A stretch of DNA of 64,000 nt. Origin: a virus. Of this stretch, positions 8,168 to 18,500 are shown in pieces (the first letter of the stretch is position 1; each line of letters opens with the position of its first letter). The position numbers and the translations under genes were made by a program. The DNA is taken from the IMG/VR virus record IMGVR_UViG_3300045988_166195, positions 57,023 to 121,022 of that record; one strand, 5' to 3'. Below the pieces are notes generated by a model that worked only from the letters and a program-made list of their open reading frames with translations, made no database searches and was not told where the DNA came from.

Positions 8168-10444
8168 ATGCTGTTTGGTAAGAAGGACGACACCAAGGTC
8201 GTCGACGAGCAGGTTGCGGTGGCTCCTGCTCTTGACAAGAAGGCTCAGAAGGCTGAGGCTAAGAAGGCCAAGGACTCTCTCGCGCTTGTCATCGATGAGA
8301 CGGAGCCCGGTGCGGCTCTTGATTTGATCCGTAACAATGAGCAGTGGGCGCTCCCCAACGGTGCGAGCGTCATCCTGTCCCTCCCTGTTGATGCGCCCAT
8401 CGAAGAAGGTGGCATCGGGGGTCTGGGCAAGGTCTCGTCTAAGGGCAACGAGGATAAGGGTTCGATTCTTCAGCGCATTGCTGACGATAAGATTCAGGTA
8501 TTTATGACGGAGGATATGCTCCGTCATAACATCCTGGGTATCATTCCGACGGAGCAGTCCCTCAGTGCCGAAGGTATGGGTGAATACACCCTCTTCGACA
8601 AGGCGATCTTCATGCTCACGTCTGTGAGTGTCGGTGCAGATGGTTTTCCCGTTGTGAACCCGGTTCATTACGATGAACTGACGAAGACCATTGATGTTCC
8701 TGTTGGGGATGTCGATACGATCACTCTTGCTCAGGCGCAGGCTATCTCTTCTGGCGCTGTGTCTTTGACGACTCTGATTCCCTCGCTGTGGCGTCGTCTG
8801 GGTGGCGAGGTTGACGCTGATTCGGTCGAGTCTGAGTCTGAGGATCTCGTTGAGGATATTCCTGCGCCGCCGTCGACTTCTGTGAACAACGTGAACGAGA
8901 CTGATGAGTCTTTGGAGAATGTCGATAATCTGCCGGATTTCGACCCTGACGATATTCCAGATGAGCCTCTGGAAGACGATCTTCCGTTCGATGAGGGCTC
9001 GTATGACGACGATGATTCTGACATTGAAGATCCGTTTAAAGATCTCGATGTCGAGTCTGACGTTGAGGCTACGGTTGCGACTGAGACCGAAGATGCAGCG
9101 GGTTCCATCCCTGCACCTGTCGTCGACAACCGCGTCTTCGACCGGGAGGCGGTGCGCAACACGATTGCCCGACGTTTCCTCGATGAGGATCTGGGCTTTG
9201 GTGTCGACATGACCCCGTTTGAGACTCTGTTCGGTCACGAGGCGGACGAGGCCAGCCGTTTCTCGCTGGATCACCTTGACGGTGATAACTGGCTGGACAG
9301 CCAGATTAAGCTGCTGTCGCAGCAGGCCAACGATGCGTTGGCTGATCGTCGTCGTCGTGACATCAATGAGCTGCGTGATCTCTACTTCTCGCTTGTCTCG
9401 AATACCGGCGACGAGATCGCCGCGAAGATGAGCACCGGACCTGGTGCTGACAATGTGTGGGCTCAGACGCTGGCTGAAGCCGATGGCAACGCCGAGAAGT
9501 CTCGTGAGAGCCTCGTGGACATCGTGGGTGCACAGCGTGCTGCCATTATGGCTAAGTATGAGAAGGAACGAGAAGAGCATGCGCAGGCGCGCGCTATTGA
9601 GGCGAAGTCTCTCTACGACGTGCGGCACAAGCCCAGTCTCGATCGAGAACTGGCGGAGATTGAGCCAAATCTCCGGGCGACCATCGACGAGGATCACGCT
9701 CTTCGTCGTCGTCAGATTCTCGATGCGCGTAAGCAGTCTGCTCAGGCGTCGTTCGACGCAGCTCTTACTCGCGTGATGGATCACCTGATCCAGAAGCGCT
9801 CTGAGCAGGTCGCTCGTGAGGCAGAACTCATGGAGCAGTTCCGCGATGAGATGGGCGCGTTCCTTGACGAGAATCGCAAGGAAGACATCGCTCGCGCCGA
9901 AGCGCTGCAAGAGCAGCTGTCTCGACAGAATATTGTCGAGGAAAAGACGGCTGAGTTCGCCGCTCGTGAGAAGGAGCTGCGTGAGCAGATCGTGCGTGAG
10001 CGCGAGGAAGCTCAGAAGCGTTCTCTGGCTGCTCAGGAAGAGACGAACAAGCTCATTGAGCGTATGCGACTGGATCACGAGGCTGCTTTGGCTCAGGCCA
10101 AGGCTGAGATTGAGCGTGCGAATGAGCGCACGAAGGAAGAAGCGGCTCGCGTGAACGTTGTTCGCGACGAGATCTCGCGTCAGTTCGAGAGCCAGGTGTC
10201 CTCTCTCCAGCTCGATAAGCAGCTGCTGATCGATCAGATGGATCGAGAAAGCGTTGTCGCTAAGCGTGCCAACCGTCTGTACATCGCTTTGGCGGTTCTG
10301 GTGGCGCTGGCGTTCCTCGCGCTCGGTGTCATCGCGGGCATTCTGCTGCACAGCACGCTGGGTGATGCGAACGCCGCAGCAGCGGCGATCGCTGATGTTT
10401 CTGCACAGGTGGTGACTAACAGCGCAACGTCGATCGGTGTGTAG
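8168..10444 (+). CDS. Acidic coiled-coil protein with C-terminal transmembrane anchor (function unknown)
   Basis: Long Asp/Glu-rich N-terminal half. Extensive heptad-like R/E/A/L region (aa ~380-700). Single hydrophobic helix LYIALAVLVALAFLALGVIAGILL near C-terminus. ATG 8168 has better RBS spacing than TTG 8162. Confidence 0.55.
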   Translation: MLFGKKDDTKVVDEQVAVAPALDKKAQKAEAKKAKDSLALVIDETEPGAALDLIRNNEQWALPNGASVILSLPVDAPIEEGGIGGLGKVSSKGNEDKGSILQRIADDKIQVFMTEDMLRHNILGIIPTEQSLSAEGMGEYTLFDKAIFMLTSVSVGADGFPVVNPVHYDELTKTIDVPVGDVDTITLAQAQAISSGAVSLTTLIPSLWRRLGGEVDADSVESESEDLVEDIPAPPSTSVNNVNETDESLENVDNLPDFDPDDIPDEPLEDDLPFDEGSYDDDDSDIEDPFKDLDVESDVEATVATETEDAAGSIPAPVVDNRVFDREAVRNTIARRFLDEDLGFGVDMTPFETLFGHEADEASRFSLDHLDGDNWLDSQIKLLSQQANDALADRRRRDINELRDLYFSLVSNTGDEIAAKMSTGPGADNVWAQTLAEADGNAEKSRESLVDIVGAQRAAIMAKYEKEREEHAQARAIEAKSLYDVRHKPSLDRELAEIEPNLRATIDEDHALRRRQILDARKQSAQASFDAALTRVMDHLIQKRSEQVAREAELMEQFRDEMGAFLDENRKEDIARAEALQEQLSRQNIVEEKTAEFAAREKELREQIVREREEAQKRSLAAQEETNKLIERMRLDHEAALAQAKAEIERANERTKEEAARVNVVRDEISRQFESQVSSLQLDKQLLIDQMDRESVVAKRANRLYIALAVLVALAFLALGVIAGILLHSTLGDANAAAAAIADVSAQVVTNSATSIGV

Positions 10445-10618
10445 CATCGATTACGTGATCGCATAGAACAAGAGGTGCGGTGAGGGTTATCCTTGCCGCA
10501 CCTCTTTTCTGTGTCTCTGCGCTTCTGTTTCTGATATGATTAGGTTGGTGAATCAACCAAATCGAAAAGATGCAAGAAAGACGTAAGAGACAGAAGAGAA
10601 AGGTGAAAGGTGGTGCAT

Positions 10619-13600
10619 ATGGCTTTCGGACGAAAGAAATCCGGTGGAGCAGCGCCTCGTGAACACGGTAGCCAAGCGTGGAACCAGTTGGGTAAGCAAG
10701 ACGAGCTTGACTCGCTGGCCTATCAGGATGTGCACGGCGACCAGCAACTAGAACGTAGCGACATCGAGGCGAAGATCTCTCCGGTGTCGCGTGAGGTCGC
10801 ATCGGCTGTTGCCGGTGTGCTTATCTTTATCCTCGTGTGGATGCTGTTCTCGTTCGGCACGATGGGTGTGGCCATGGGCCGTGACGCTCTGTGGCGTTCG
10901 TCTGTTCCGAGCTACGCGGTGCAGAACAAGGCTCTGACGAAGGAGCTGGGCAAGCCTGTGTGGAGCGAAGGGTGTTTCTCTCCAGCTCTCGAAACAGGTG
11001 AGATCGATACGTCCGATGAGACGTGCTATGAAGCTGCTGAGGATGTTCCTGAGCCACAGTGGCACGTGGATGCCGTTGCAGCAGAACAGGCTGAGCGCGA
11101 TGTAGAACTAGCGGATCGCCCAAGCGGTGCGATGGGATGGATGCTGTCATTCGATTGGCTGAAGTTCATTGTGTCGTCGATCGCTGGTCTTGTCGTGTGG
11201 GGCTTGCTGCGTATGCGACTGATGCGCAACTTGAAGGCTCAGAACTTGATGCGGGATACGACCGACATCAACCAATACAAAAACGACCAGCACGTGGCAC
11301 TTCCTGAAGAAGTGCGTGAGCGTTTCGATGTGGTGCCTGACGTGGGCGCGCACACAGGTGTAAGTGCGACGACGCTCATTTCCCACTCGATGGTCTCGAA
11401 CAAGGGCATCAAGAAGGTGGCATTTGCGCAGCGAGCAACTGAGGACATTCTCGACGAGGATGGCGATGTGGCTCTGTTCGAGGGAGAAGCTCTCACGGAC
11501 GATAACGGCGACGTTGTGACCAAGATGGTGCCGATGTTTGACGAAGAGTTTGGTACAGCTCTGTGGAACGCATCGGGGCTACCAGATAACAAGCAACTGC
11601 GTCGTCGTTTGGATCCTCGAAACGTGCCGTACAACCCAGGGAATGCCAACCGAGACAAGCTCAAGGGTTTCAACACCCTGGCTGATCTGGTGAACGGTGA
11701 GTGGGAACTTCCGATGTATGAGCCGCAGCGTCCTGCTGGCGTCTACTACGTGGATACGGCTCCTGCGAACACCATGATCCTAGCTATGACTCGTGCTGGT
11801 AAGGGTCAGACGTACATTGAGCCGATGCTCGATATTTGGATGCGTCAGAAGCGCCCGGATAACATGGTGATCAACGACCCCAAGGGCGAGCTCTTGGTGA
11901 AGAACTATGTTCGTGCCACCATGCGTGGTTTCCAGGTTGTGCAGTTCAACCTCATCAACGCCATGAAGACTGATATTTACAACCCGCTTGGAATGGCTGC
12001 TGAGGCTGCACGCGAAGGTGATCAAACCAAGTGTGCTCTGTATGTCGAGAACATCGCAGATGTCTTCTTCCCTGTGGATGGCGCGGAAGACCCTGTGTGG
12101 CCGAACGCTGCGAACAACGCGTTCAAGCGTGCGGCATACGGCCTCATCGATTACTACCTCGAAGAAGAACATCAGCTGCGTCAGTACGCGATGCGTCACG
12201 GTATGGATCAGAAGGTTCTGGAACAGAAACTCGATGCCATGTGGGGTAAGGTGACGCTCTACAACTGCTACCAGTTGTTCGTGCAGCTCACGAGTAAGAA
12301 GCGTAAGTCTCCGATGACTCAGGTGAACGAGCGCATTAAGAGTGGCTACTACGATCAGCAGTCGTCCGATCCTGATGAAGTCGACGCTCTGATCGAGCAC
12401 GACAAGATGCAGGCTGAGCGTATTGAGTTCTTGTGGGAAGGTAAGCCGGAATCTGACTTGCTCACCTTGTTCTTCAACGCCACTGAGGCGTTGCCTCAGT
12501 CGACGATGCGTACGTTGATCGCTAATGCGAACAACGCACTGCGTGCAATGGCTGGAGCTGAGAAGATGCTCGCATCTGTGTACGGTATTGCTATCACGGC
12601 AATGTCGTTCTTCACGGATCCGACGATCTCGACGTTGACCTCTGGTACTCCGTCACAGAACACGGATCTTGGCGGTCTGTCGTTCCCTCGTCGCTTCGGT
12701 GTGCGTTTCGCTCAGAACTTCACCAAGCGAGACGGTCTCATCGGTGCTCAGGCGAAGTGGGATGCGTTCGATGATCCCGAGTTGAAGCACAACCTGGGTA
12801 AGGATTTCGAGCACGAAGACACAGTGGTGCGAGAAGGATGGGCTCGTTATTACTTCGACGGTAAGTTCCCACATGACGTTGCCTACTTGCGACTGCGTTT
12901 GTTCAACCCCCAGACGGGTGTGTTGCTCAAAACGTTCTACTTCCAGTTCACGAAGGGTTACCAGCTCTCGTTGAATGGTCGTAAGTTCGTCAAGGATCCG
13001 ATCACGGGTAACAAAATCATCCGTAATGGCGTTCTCGTGGAGATGGTGAAGGGTAAGAACGGGGTTCTTGTTTCTGGTCACCTGAGTTATCCGGCAACAC
13101 GTCTGTTGGATAAGGCGGGGAGCCTCAAGACTGTACGAGAGGATGTCCCTGCGATTATCCTGTCGTCGGTTCGTTATTCGGAGCAGCCGAAGGCTGTGTT
13201 CCTGGTGACGCCACCTCACTTGATGAAGTACGCGAAGCTCGTACTGATTCTTGTGAAGCAGTTGGTGGATCTGAACTTCGATAAGTCGTACATGACGAAG
13301 GCGAACCAGAAGCCGCTCTACAAGACGCGCTTCATGCTCGACGAGCTCGGCAACTTGCAGTCCGAGGGTCACGGTATCTCGGGATTTGAGACCATGCTCT
13401 CCATTGGTCTGGGTCAGGAGCAGCAATTCACGCTGATTCTTCAGACGTTGCAGCAGGCTCGTGACGTTTACGGGGACAGCGTAGACAAGATCATTCAGGG
13501 AAACGTTGCCAATATCGTCTTCTTGAAGTCGACGGATGACACGATGATTGAGACGTTGGCCAAGATGTCCGGTACTCGCCACCGTGCGGTGCGAGACTCT

Positions 13601-14665
13601 AAGACGGTGACTCAGGATACTGAGCGTCTCATCGAAGGTCTGAACGTTGAGGGCAAAGTGTCGTACACGATCAGCGCGAAGGAAGAAAGTGTCATTGGGT
13701 ACAACGATCTGGCATTCTTGCCGGAACGTAACTCGATCATCTTTTCGGCAGGCATCTCGCCTATCTGGAACCGCAATGCGGAGATTCTTCCTATGTCGTG
13801 GCGCTTGTTCAGCAACACGATCAAGCATCCGGGCCGCGAGTACTCACTTCAGACGATTCCGACTCTCTCGTCGGCGCTTGATTTCGATGTGCGTCTTAAC
13901 CAGCCGAACTTCATGAAGATGCTGGATAAGCGCATCGAGCAAGCCGCGAATGCGGCTGAGGCGATGGAGTTGTACCAGGAGGCATACGATCTGGATGATT
14001 ATGGCATCTCGATCCTGGATCCCGATGTGTACTCGGCTGAGGTCATGGATCTCATTGCCTCGATCGAGGAAGAGCGCAGGGGCCACGACATGGAGAACGA
14101 AGAGTACGACATGGACAGTGACGAGGCTCTACGTGCTCAGTTGGGATCTGGCTACGATATGTTCAACGAGGCTGACGAGATTAACGAAGATGTCCGCGAG
14201 GATCTTGCTGCTCGTCAGGAGATGTTGGCCGATCGAGCGAAGATGCGCTACGCGGAAGGTCAGATCAGCCGTGAGCATCTGATGAGTGAGAGTGGACAGG
14301 TGTTGCACCATCTCGATGGTGACATCGTTGCTGCGTATCGTGAAGCGAAGCACGCAATGGTGGATGACGTTCGGTTCTTCCGAACAGACGAGAACGGTTC
14401 GCTGTGCTCGCTGGATGGAAAGGTCTACATCAGCCAGGGTGTGTCGAGCGATGAGCTGCGTACTCTCCAAACCGCATCGTCCGATGAGACGAGCGGTGTG
14501 TATGCGGATGATGAGTCGATCTCTGAGATCGCGGACCTGGGTTCGTGGCGAGTCCATGATGCGTTCTATAGGTTCTTGCACGGCCTGGAGTCGTGGGAGG
14601 ATCTCGGCGGAGGCACTTTCGATCGCGCTATTGCACGAGTGTTCGAACGTCGAGAGAACGAGTGA
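10619..14665 (+). CDS. Type IV secretion coupling protein-like ATPase (VirD4/TraG/TraD family) with ~700-aa C-terminal extension
   Basis: Two N-terminal TM helices. Walker A MTRAGKGQT. DPKGEL motif (MVINDPKGELL). Walker B-like RFMLDELGNL. Q-rich stretch typical of T4CPs. Acidic/aromatic C-terminal 300 aa with no known motif. Confidence 0.65.
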   Translation: MAFGRKKSGGAAPREHGSQAWNQLGKQDELDSLAYQDVHGDQQLERSDIEAKISPVSREVASAVAGVLIFILVWMLFSFGTMGVAMGRDALWRSSVPSYAVQNKALTKELGKPVWSEGCFSPALETGEIDTSDETCYEAAEDVPEPQWHVDAVAAEQAERDVELADRPSGAMGWMLSFDWLKFIVSSIAGLVVWGLLRMRLMRNLKAQNLMRDTTDINQYKNDQHVALPEEVRERFDVVPDVGAHTGVSATTLISHSMVSNKGIKKVAFAQRATEDILDEDGDVALFEGEALTDDNGDVVTKMVPMFDEEFGTALWNASGLPDNKQLRRRLDPRNVPYNPGNANRDKLKGFNTLADLVNGEWELPMYEPQRPAGVYYVDTAPANTMILAMTRAGKGQTYIEPMLDIWMRQKRPDNMVINDPKGELLVKNYVRATMRGFQVVQFNLINAMKTDIYNPLGMAAEAAREGDQTKCALYVENIADVFFPVDGAEDPVWPNAANNAFKRAAYGLIDYYLEEEHQLRQYAMRHGMDQKVLEQKLDAMWGKVTLYNCYQLFVQLTSKKRKSPMTQVNERIKSGYYDQQSSDPDEVDALIEHDKMQAERIEFLWEGKPESDLLTLFFNATEALPQSTMRTLIANANNALRAMAGAEKMLASVYGIAITAMSFFTDPTISTLTSGTPSQNTDLGGLSFPRRFGVRFAQNFTKRDGLIGAQAKWDAFDDPELKHNLGKDFEHEDTVVREGWARYYFDGKFPHDVAYLRLRLFNPQTGVLLKTFYFQFTKGYQLSLNGRKFVKDPITGNKIIRNGVLVEMVKGKNGVLVSGHLSYPATRLLDKAGSLKTVREDVPAIILSSVRYSEQPKAVFLVTPPHLMKYAKLVLILVKQLVDLNFDKSYMTKANQKPLYKTRFMLDELGNLQSEGHGISGFETMLSIGLGQEQQFTLILQTLQQARDVYGDSVDKIIQGNVANIVFLKSTDDTMIETLAKMSGTRHRAVRDSKTVTQDTERLIEGLNVEGKVSYTISAKEESVIGYNDLAFLPERNSIIFSAGISPIWNRNAEILPMSWRLFSNTIKHPGREYSLQTIPTLSSALDFDVRLNQPNFMKMLDKRIEQAANAAEAMELYQEAYDLDDYGISILDPDVYSAEVMDLIASIEEERRGHDMENEEYDMDSDEALRAQLGSGYDMFNEADEINEDVREDLAARQEMLADRAKMRYAEGQISREHLMSESGQVLHHLDGDIVAAYREAKHAMVDDVRFFRTDENGSLCSLDGKVYISQGVSSDELRTLQTASSDETSGVYADDESISEIADLGSWRVHDAFYRFLHGLESWEDLGGGTFDRAIARVFERRENE

Positions 14666-14680
14666 TTGACGTATTACCAT

Positions 14681-14718
14681 ACACAGAGGGGGTAACTAAT
14701 TAGTTACCCCCTCTGTGT
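14681..14718. terminator. Bidirectional terminator: 17-bp perfect IR acacagagggggtaact|agttaccccctctgtgt between convergent genes
   Basis: Read in sequence between the T4CP stop (14665) and the end of the minus-strand gene (14737). Confidence 0.6.
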
Positions 14719-14736
14719 ATTCAGCAGTGTGCAACA

Positions 14737-15378
14737 CTATTGCTGAAGCTTGATTCTCCCGGAGCAGTACGGGCAACCAGTCTTTTTGGTGGTGCGGCTA
14801 TACGGTGTTGCCTTCCACGTATGAGAGGGGTTTATGGGGCACTGCCATAGCACGGACACGTCCGATCCTGGTTTAAGAGTGGTAGCGAGAGATTGATCGA
14901 TGAGTTGTTCGGCCAAGTCTGGATGTGTAGTTGCCAAGTCGCTTTGACCAGAGACGGCACGGCGACCTGAGCATTGAGGGCAGCGCGTTCCTTGGCGTGC
15001 GACGTTGCTGAGCGGAGCAGTCCAGTGATCGTGCATAGGGTTACCGCACCAGAACTCAACTTTCTTGTTGGAAGAGCCGGTGAGCTTTGTTTGTAGGCTC
15101 GTATCGACCATGAGAGCAGCAGCTTCGGGATGAGTGGTGGCAACGTCGTTGACACCGGGGATCACAGTCTTGCCATTACATACGCTGCATCCGGTGGGGT
15201 TTTTCGCGTTCGTACGGTTCATAGGGCTGGCCCACCACACGTGACGAGAGTCAACGGGGCAGCGCCATTGGACCTTCTTGTCTGAACCGCGAGCGATAGA
15301 TCTTAGGGATTGGTCCACAAGCTGGTCAGCAAGGGCGGGGTTGAACTGCTCAAGGGTCTGAGATGGTTTTCTTGGCAT
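14737..15378 (-). CDS. Triple-repeat treble-clef zinc-ribbon protein (DUF4379-like 'probable zinc-ribbon' repeats)
   Basis: Three repeats of W-x-C-x(5-6)-H-x-W ... R-x(3)-G-(T)-GCP-x-C-x-G-(R/K). Standalone. Confidence 0.6.
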   Translation of the reverse strand: MPRKPSQTLEQFNPALADQLVDQSLRSIARGSDKKVQWRCPVDSRHVWWASPMNRTNAKNPTGCSVCNGKTVIPGVNDVATTHPEAAALMVDTSLQTKLTGSSNKKVEFWCGNPMHDHWTAPLSNVARQGTRCPQCSGRRAVSGQSDLATTHPDLAEQLIDQSLATTLKPGSDVSVLWQCPINPSHTWKATPYSRTTKKTGCPYCSGRIKLQQ

Positions 15379-15558
15379 GGCGGTTCTCCTGATTCTATTA
15401 GGGGTTGTTTGTATTATTCAGTGTATCATAAATAGTCGGTTATATGTATGCGGGTTCCCTTGTGTTTCCAGTCGAAATGCGGGTTTTTGTCGGGTAGAAT
15501 GGAGGGCGTAATACCCGATCGATCCAGTGGATCGAAACTCCAGGAAGGAGAATGCGTT

Positions 15559-18500
15559 ATGCAAACGCGCAATGCCGGACTCCGGCGTTACATGTACGAG
15601 CATATGATCGCTCGCACAATCAATCGAACCTCGGAGATCACGAAGACTCCGATTCTTGTATCTCAGGGTCGACGCCTGAGGGATCTCATGGAAGAGCGTC
15701 TCAATGAACAGGGTCGTTCTTTCAACGATGGTGATCTACCTGTTACCGATGCGCTGGATGCTATCCAGAGCATCATGGAAGAGCATGTTCCCGGATACAA
15801 GCCTTTGTTCCAGCCTGCCGATACATCGAGTAAGGGCTACAAGGTTCTATATGAAGAGTTCAGGAACATGGTCGGTCTGAATGGCTCTGCTGGCGCGGCT
15901 GGTCCGCGTCTGCCGATTTCTCCGTATGATCCCCGGTGGGGGAGCCGTCGCACTGTGAAGCAGGCTGGGACCTCTATCCTGTACGTGCTCGATGGCGACA
16001 TCGCCGCATACGCAGACGGTAAGCCAAGCAACATCGAGAAAGCGACGACCTCAGAACTTACTCTGTACCGCTTGACTGATGAAGGGAAGGCCAAAGAGGC
16101 AGGCCGCGCTCTCAGCCTTGATGATGTCTCGGGTCTCACCGAGCTCATGGGTCGCATGTCGACGGCTGAGTACAACGAGGTTCGTCAGTGGGTGCTGGAC
16201 GGTGCTCGCAACCCTGAAACGGGGCGCTACAACGCCCGTCAGTTCATGAGCACTGATGCATTGGCTCGTTCCCGAGCTGTGCTGGACATGCTCGCAGAAG
16301 AGGGCATTCCGTACACGATCGAGAAGGATCTTCGCCCTGGTCAGATCCGTGCGCGTTTGACGGGTACGAATATGACGGTGCGCCTGACTGACACCCGAGA
16401 CAAAGAGCAGTGGGTGGGTCGTGTCTACGACAACGGTGCAACTCTGTACTTCTCCACGACGGCTCGTCGAGACAACAAGCAGGTGGCCTACACGCCAACT
16501 GTTGACGAGGTGTGCGACCTCGTGCGTGTTGCGCTGGGTCGACCAGTGGAGCGCAAGGATGGTAAGGGCCTCGTGGGCCGAGTGGGCGAGCGTCAGACCA
16601 GCAAGGGTAAGACGGTTCAAGAGTCGTATCTCTCCACTGGAACACTGACGAGTGCGTACAAGGACATGCCCGGTATGAACGGTGAGCAGATCGTGATTCG
16701 TCGTCAGATGAAGGAGCGTTCTGCGTCTTCGCGGTTCTTTGCCGATACGCCCGAAGGTCGTGAACAGGCATCCGGTTTCATTACCGGTGCTGTGCACAGC
16801 GCTCGTCACAATGTGATTGAGCAGCTCGATGTCGATGGTCTGATCCAGCAGTTCCGCGATCACGAGGATGCTGCCCGTGAGGGTACGTACATCCCTATGC
16901 TGTCTGGTGATCCTGATCTTGCGGCGGTTGGCCGCGCGTACTGGGATGTGCTTCGTGGCGCTGAGACAACTCTGCTGAAGCCTGAGGCTACGCGAGCTGA
17001 GTACGCTGAGGCGACGGGTCTGCTTGACGACATGGATCAAGAGAGCGATCTGTCGGGCGTTCACGACATGCTGGCCGGTTCCGTGGCGTACACGGGTACC
17101 CCGGAAGAACGTGTTCGTGCGCATCTTCGGGATCTTCTCGATACCCAGATCGGTATCGATGAGCCTATCGACTCTGATGACTTCGTGTTCGATCCAGTGC
17201 GCGTTGCTCGTTACATGACGAGTGAACACGGCCAGTGGCGTAACAACGATGATCTCGTGGCTGCTATGCGCAGCGTTGGTATGCCTCAGGAGAAGATCGT
17301 CGGGGAGTCGTTCTATTCCAACACGTTCCGCGATCGACTGATCACCTTCGATGAGTCCACGGCTTTGCCGATGGAGACGGTCGAAGATGAGTTCACTCAG
17401 TCGATGCTTCAGGTTGTGTCTGACACGCTGGAGTCCTGCGCTGTGACGCCTGGTTCTATCCGCGTCGACGCCAACGGCGTTGTGGAGTGGACGGGCTCCA
17501 TCATGCGCTCGCAGACAGGTAAGGAAGAGCCCGTGAGCGGTACGATCGGACAGATCTTTGCTCGCGGTGAGAACGGTGAGATCATCACACGGTTCAATTC
17601 CGGTAACGATCTGATGATCGTGCCTGGTTTTGACGCACGTGTGGTGGCACAGAAGCCTGGAGAGAACAAGTCCCTCGAAGAGCGCACCCGGCTGATCGGT
17701 TACGAGCAGCAGATGAGTGACGCGATTCGATACCGAGTTCAGGCTGATGTGCTCTCAGGTCGTTCTCGTGTGGGTGAACCCGCCTCGTTGAACAGTGTGT
17801 ACCGTCGTCTGTCGGATACGCGCCATCGCGCGGATCACTACGAGCGCGCTCTCGAAGAGGGTATGGATCGGAAGATCCTTGATGCCATTCTTGCTACCGA
17901 AGCGCGTCGTGTGCGTTACCCGAACGCTTTGCGTGATGGGTCGACGATCGACGCTGACTTCCGTGCATCTCGTGCTCGGGAACAGGGTATTGGTGGCGAT
18001 CCGGCCAACGACACGACCATGGATCCGTGGGTGTTGACCGGCGGTCGCAACATGTCGTTGCTCAGCGAAGAAGCCGATGGCTACTTCGATCCGATCATGA
18101 CATCGGGCGGTGTGAACCAGGGCGTGACTCGTTATCTGGTGTCCGGTGCGCAGGTGAATCCTGATGGATCGATCGTACGTTCTGATAAGAACGACCGTGC
18201 ACCGCTGATGTTGACTGAGCAGGCTCAGCTCATGAGCTACGATCCGTTCGATCGTCAGCAGATGACGACTTCTAATCTCATGAACGCATCGTCTGTGACG
18301 AAGCCTGTGGGCACGGCGTTCATGACTGCTGGTGGTTGGACGATGGAGGACTCCATCGTTGTCTCGGCTGACTTTGCCAAGCAGTACCGCGTTCGCGGCA
18401 CTGACGGTCAGATGCGCGATCTCATCGTTGGTGACAAGATCTCCGATATGCACGGCAACAAGGGTGTTATCTCGCTCATTGTTGATCGCAATGCCGATCT

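Noticed and set aside
8012-10447. 811-aa ORF on the minus strand exactly antisense to the 8168..10444 gene. Similar long antisense ORFs lie at 12653..13828, 16051..17229, 17755..19458, 19537..21051 and 25264..26376.
   Set aside because: High-GC DNA generates long stop-free shadow frames. These have Arg/His/Leu-rich low-complexity translations, no RBS and no motifs, while the sense-strand genes have clear motifs and RBSs.
15448-15558. Upstream in-frame start for the RNAP gene (ORF-track 15448, MRVPLCFQSKCGFL...).
   Set aside because: No RBS there. The first 37 codons overlap the promoter-like AT-rich region. ATG 15559 is preceded by GGAAGGAG at optimal spacing.
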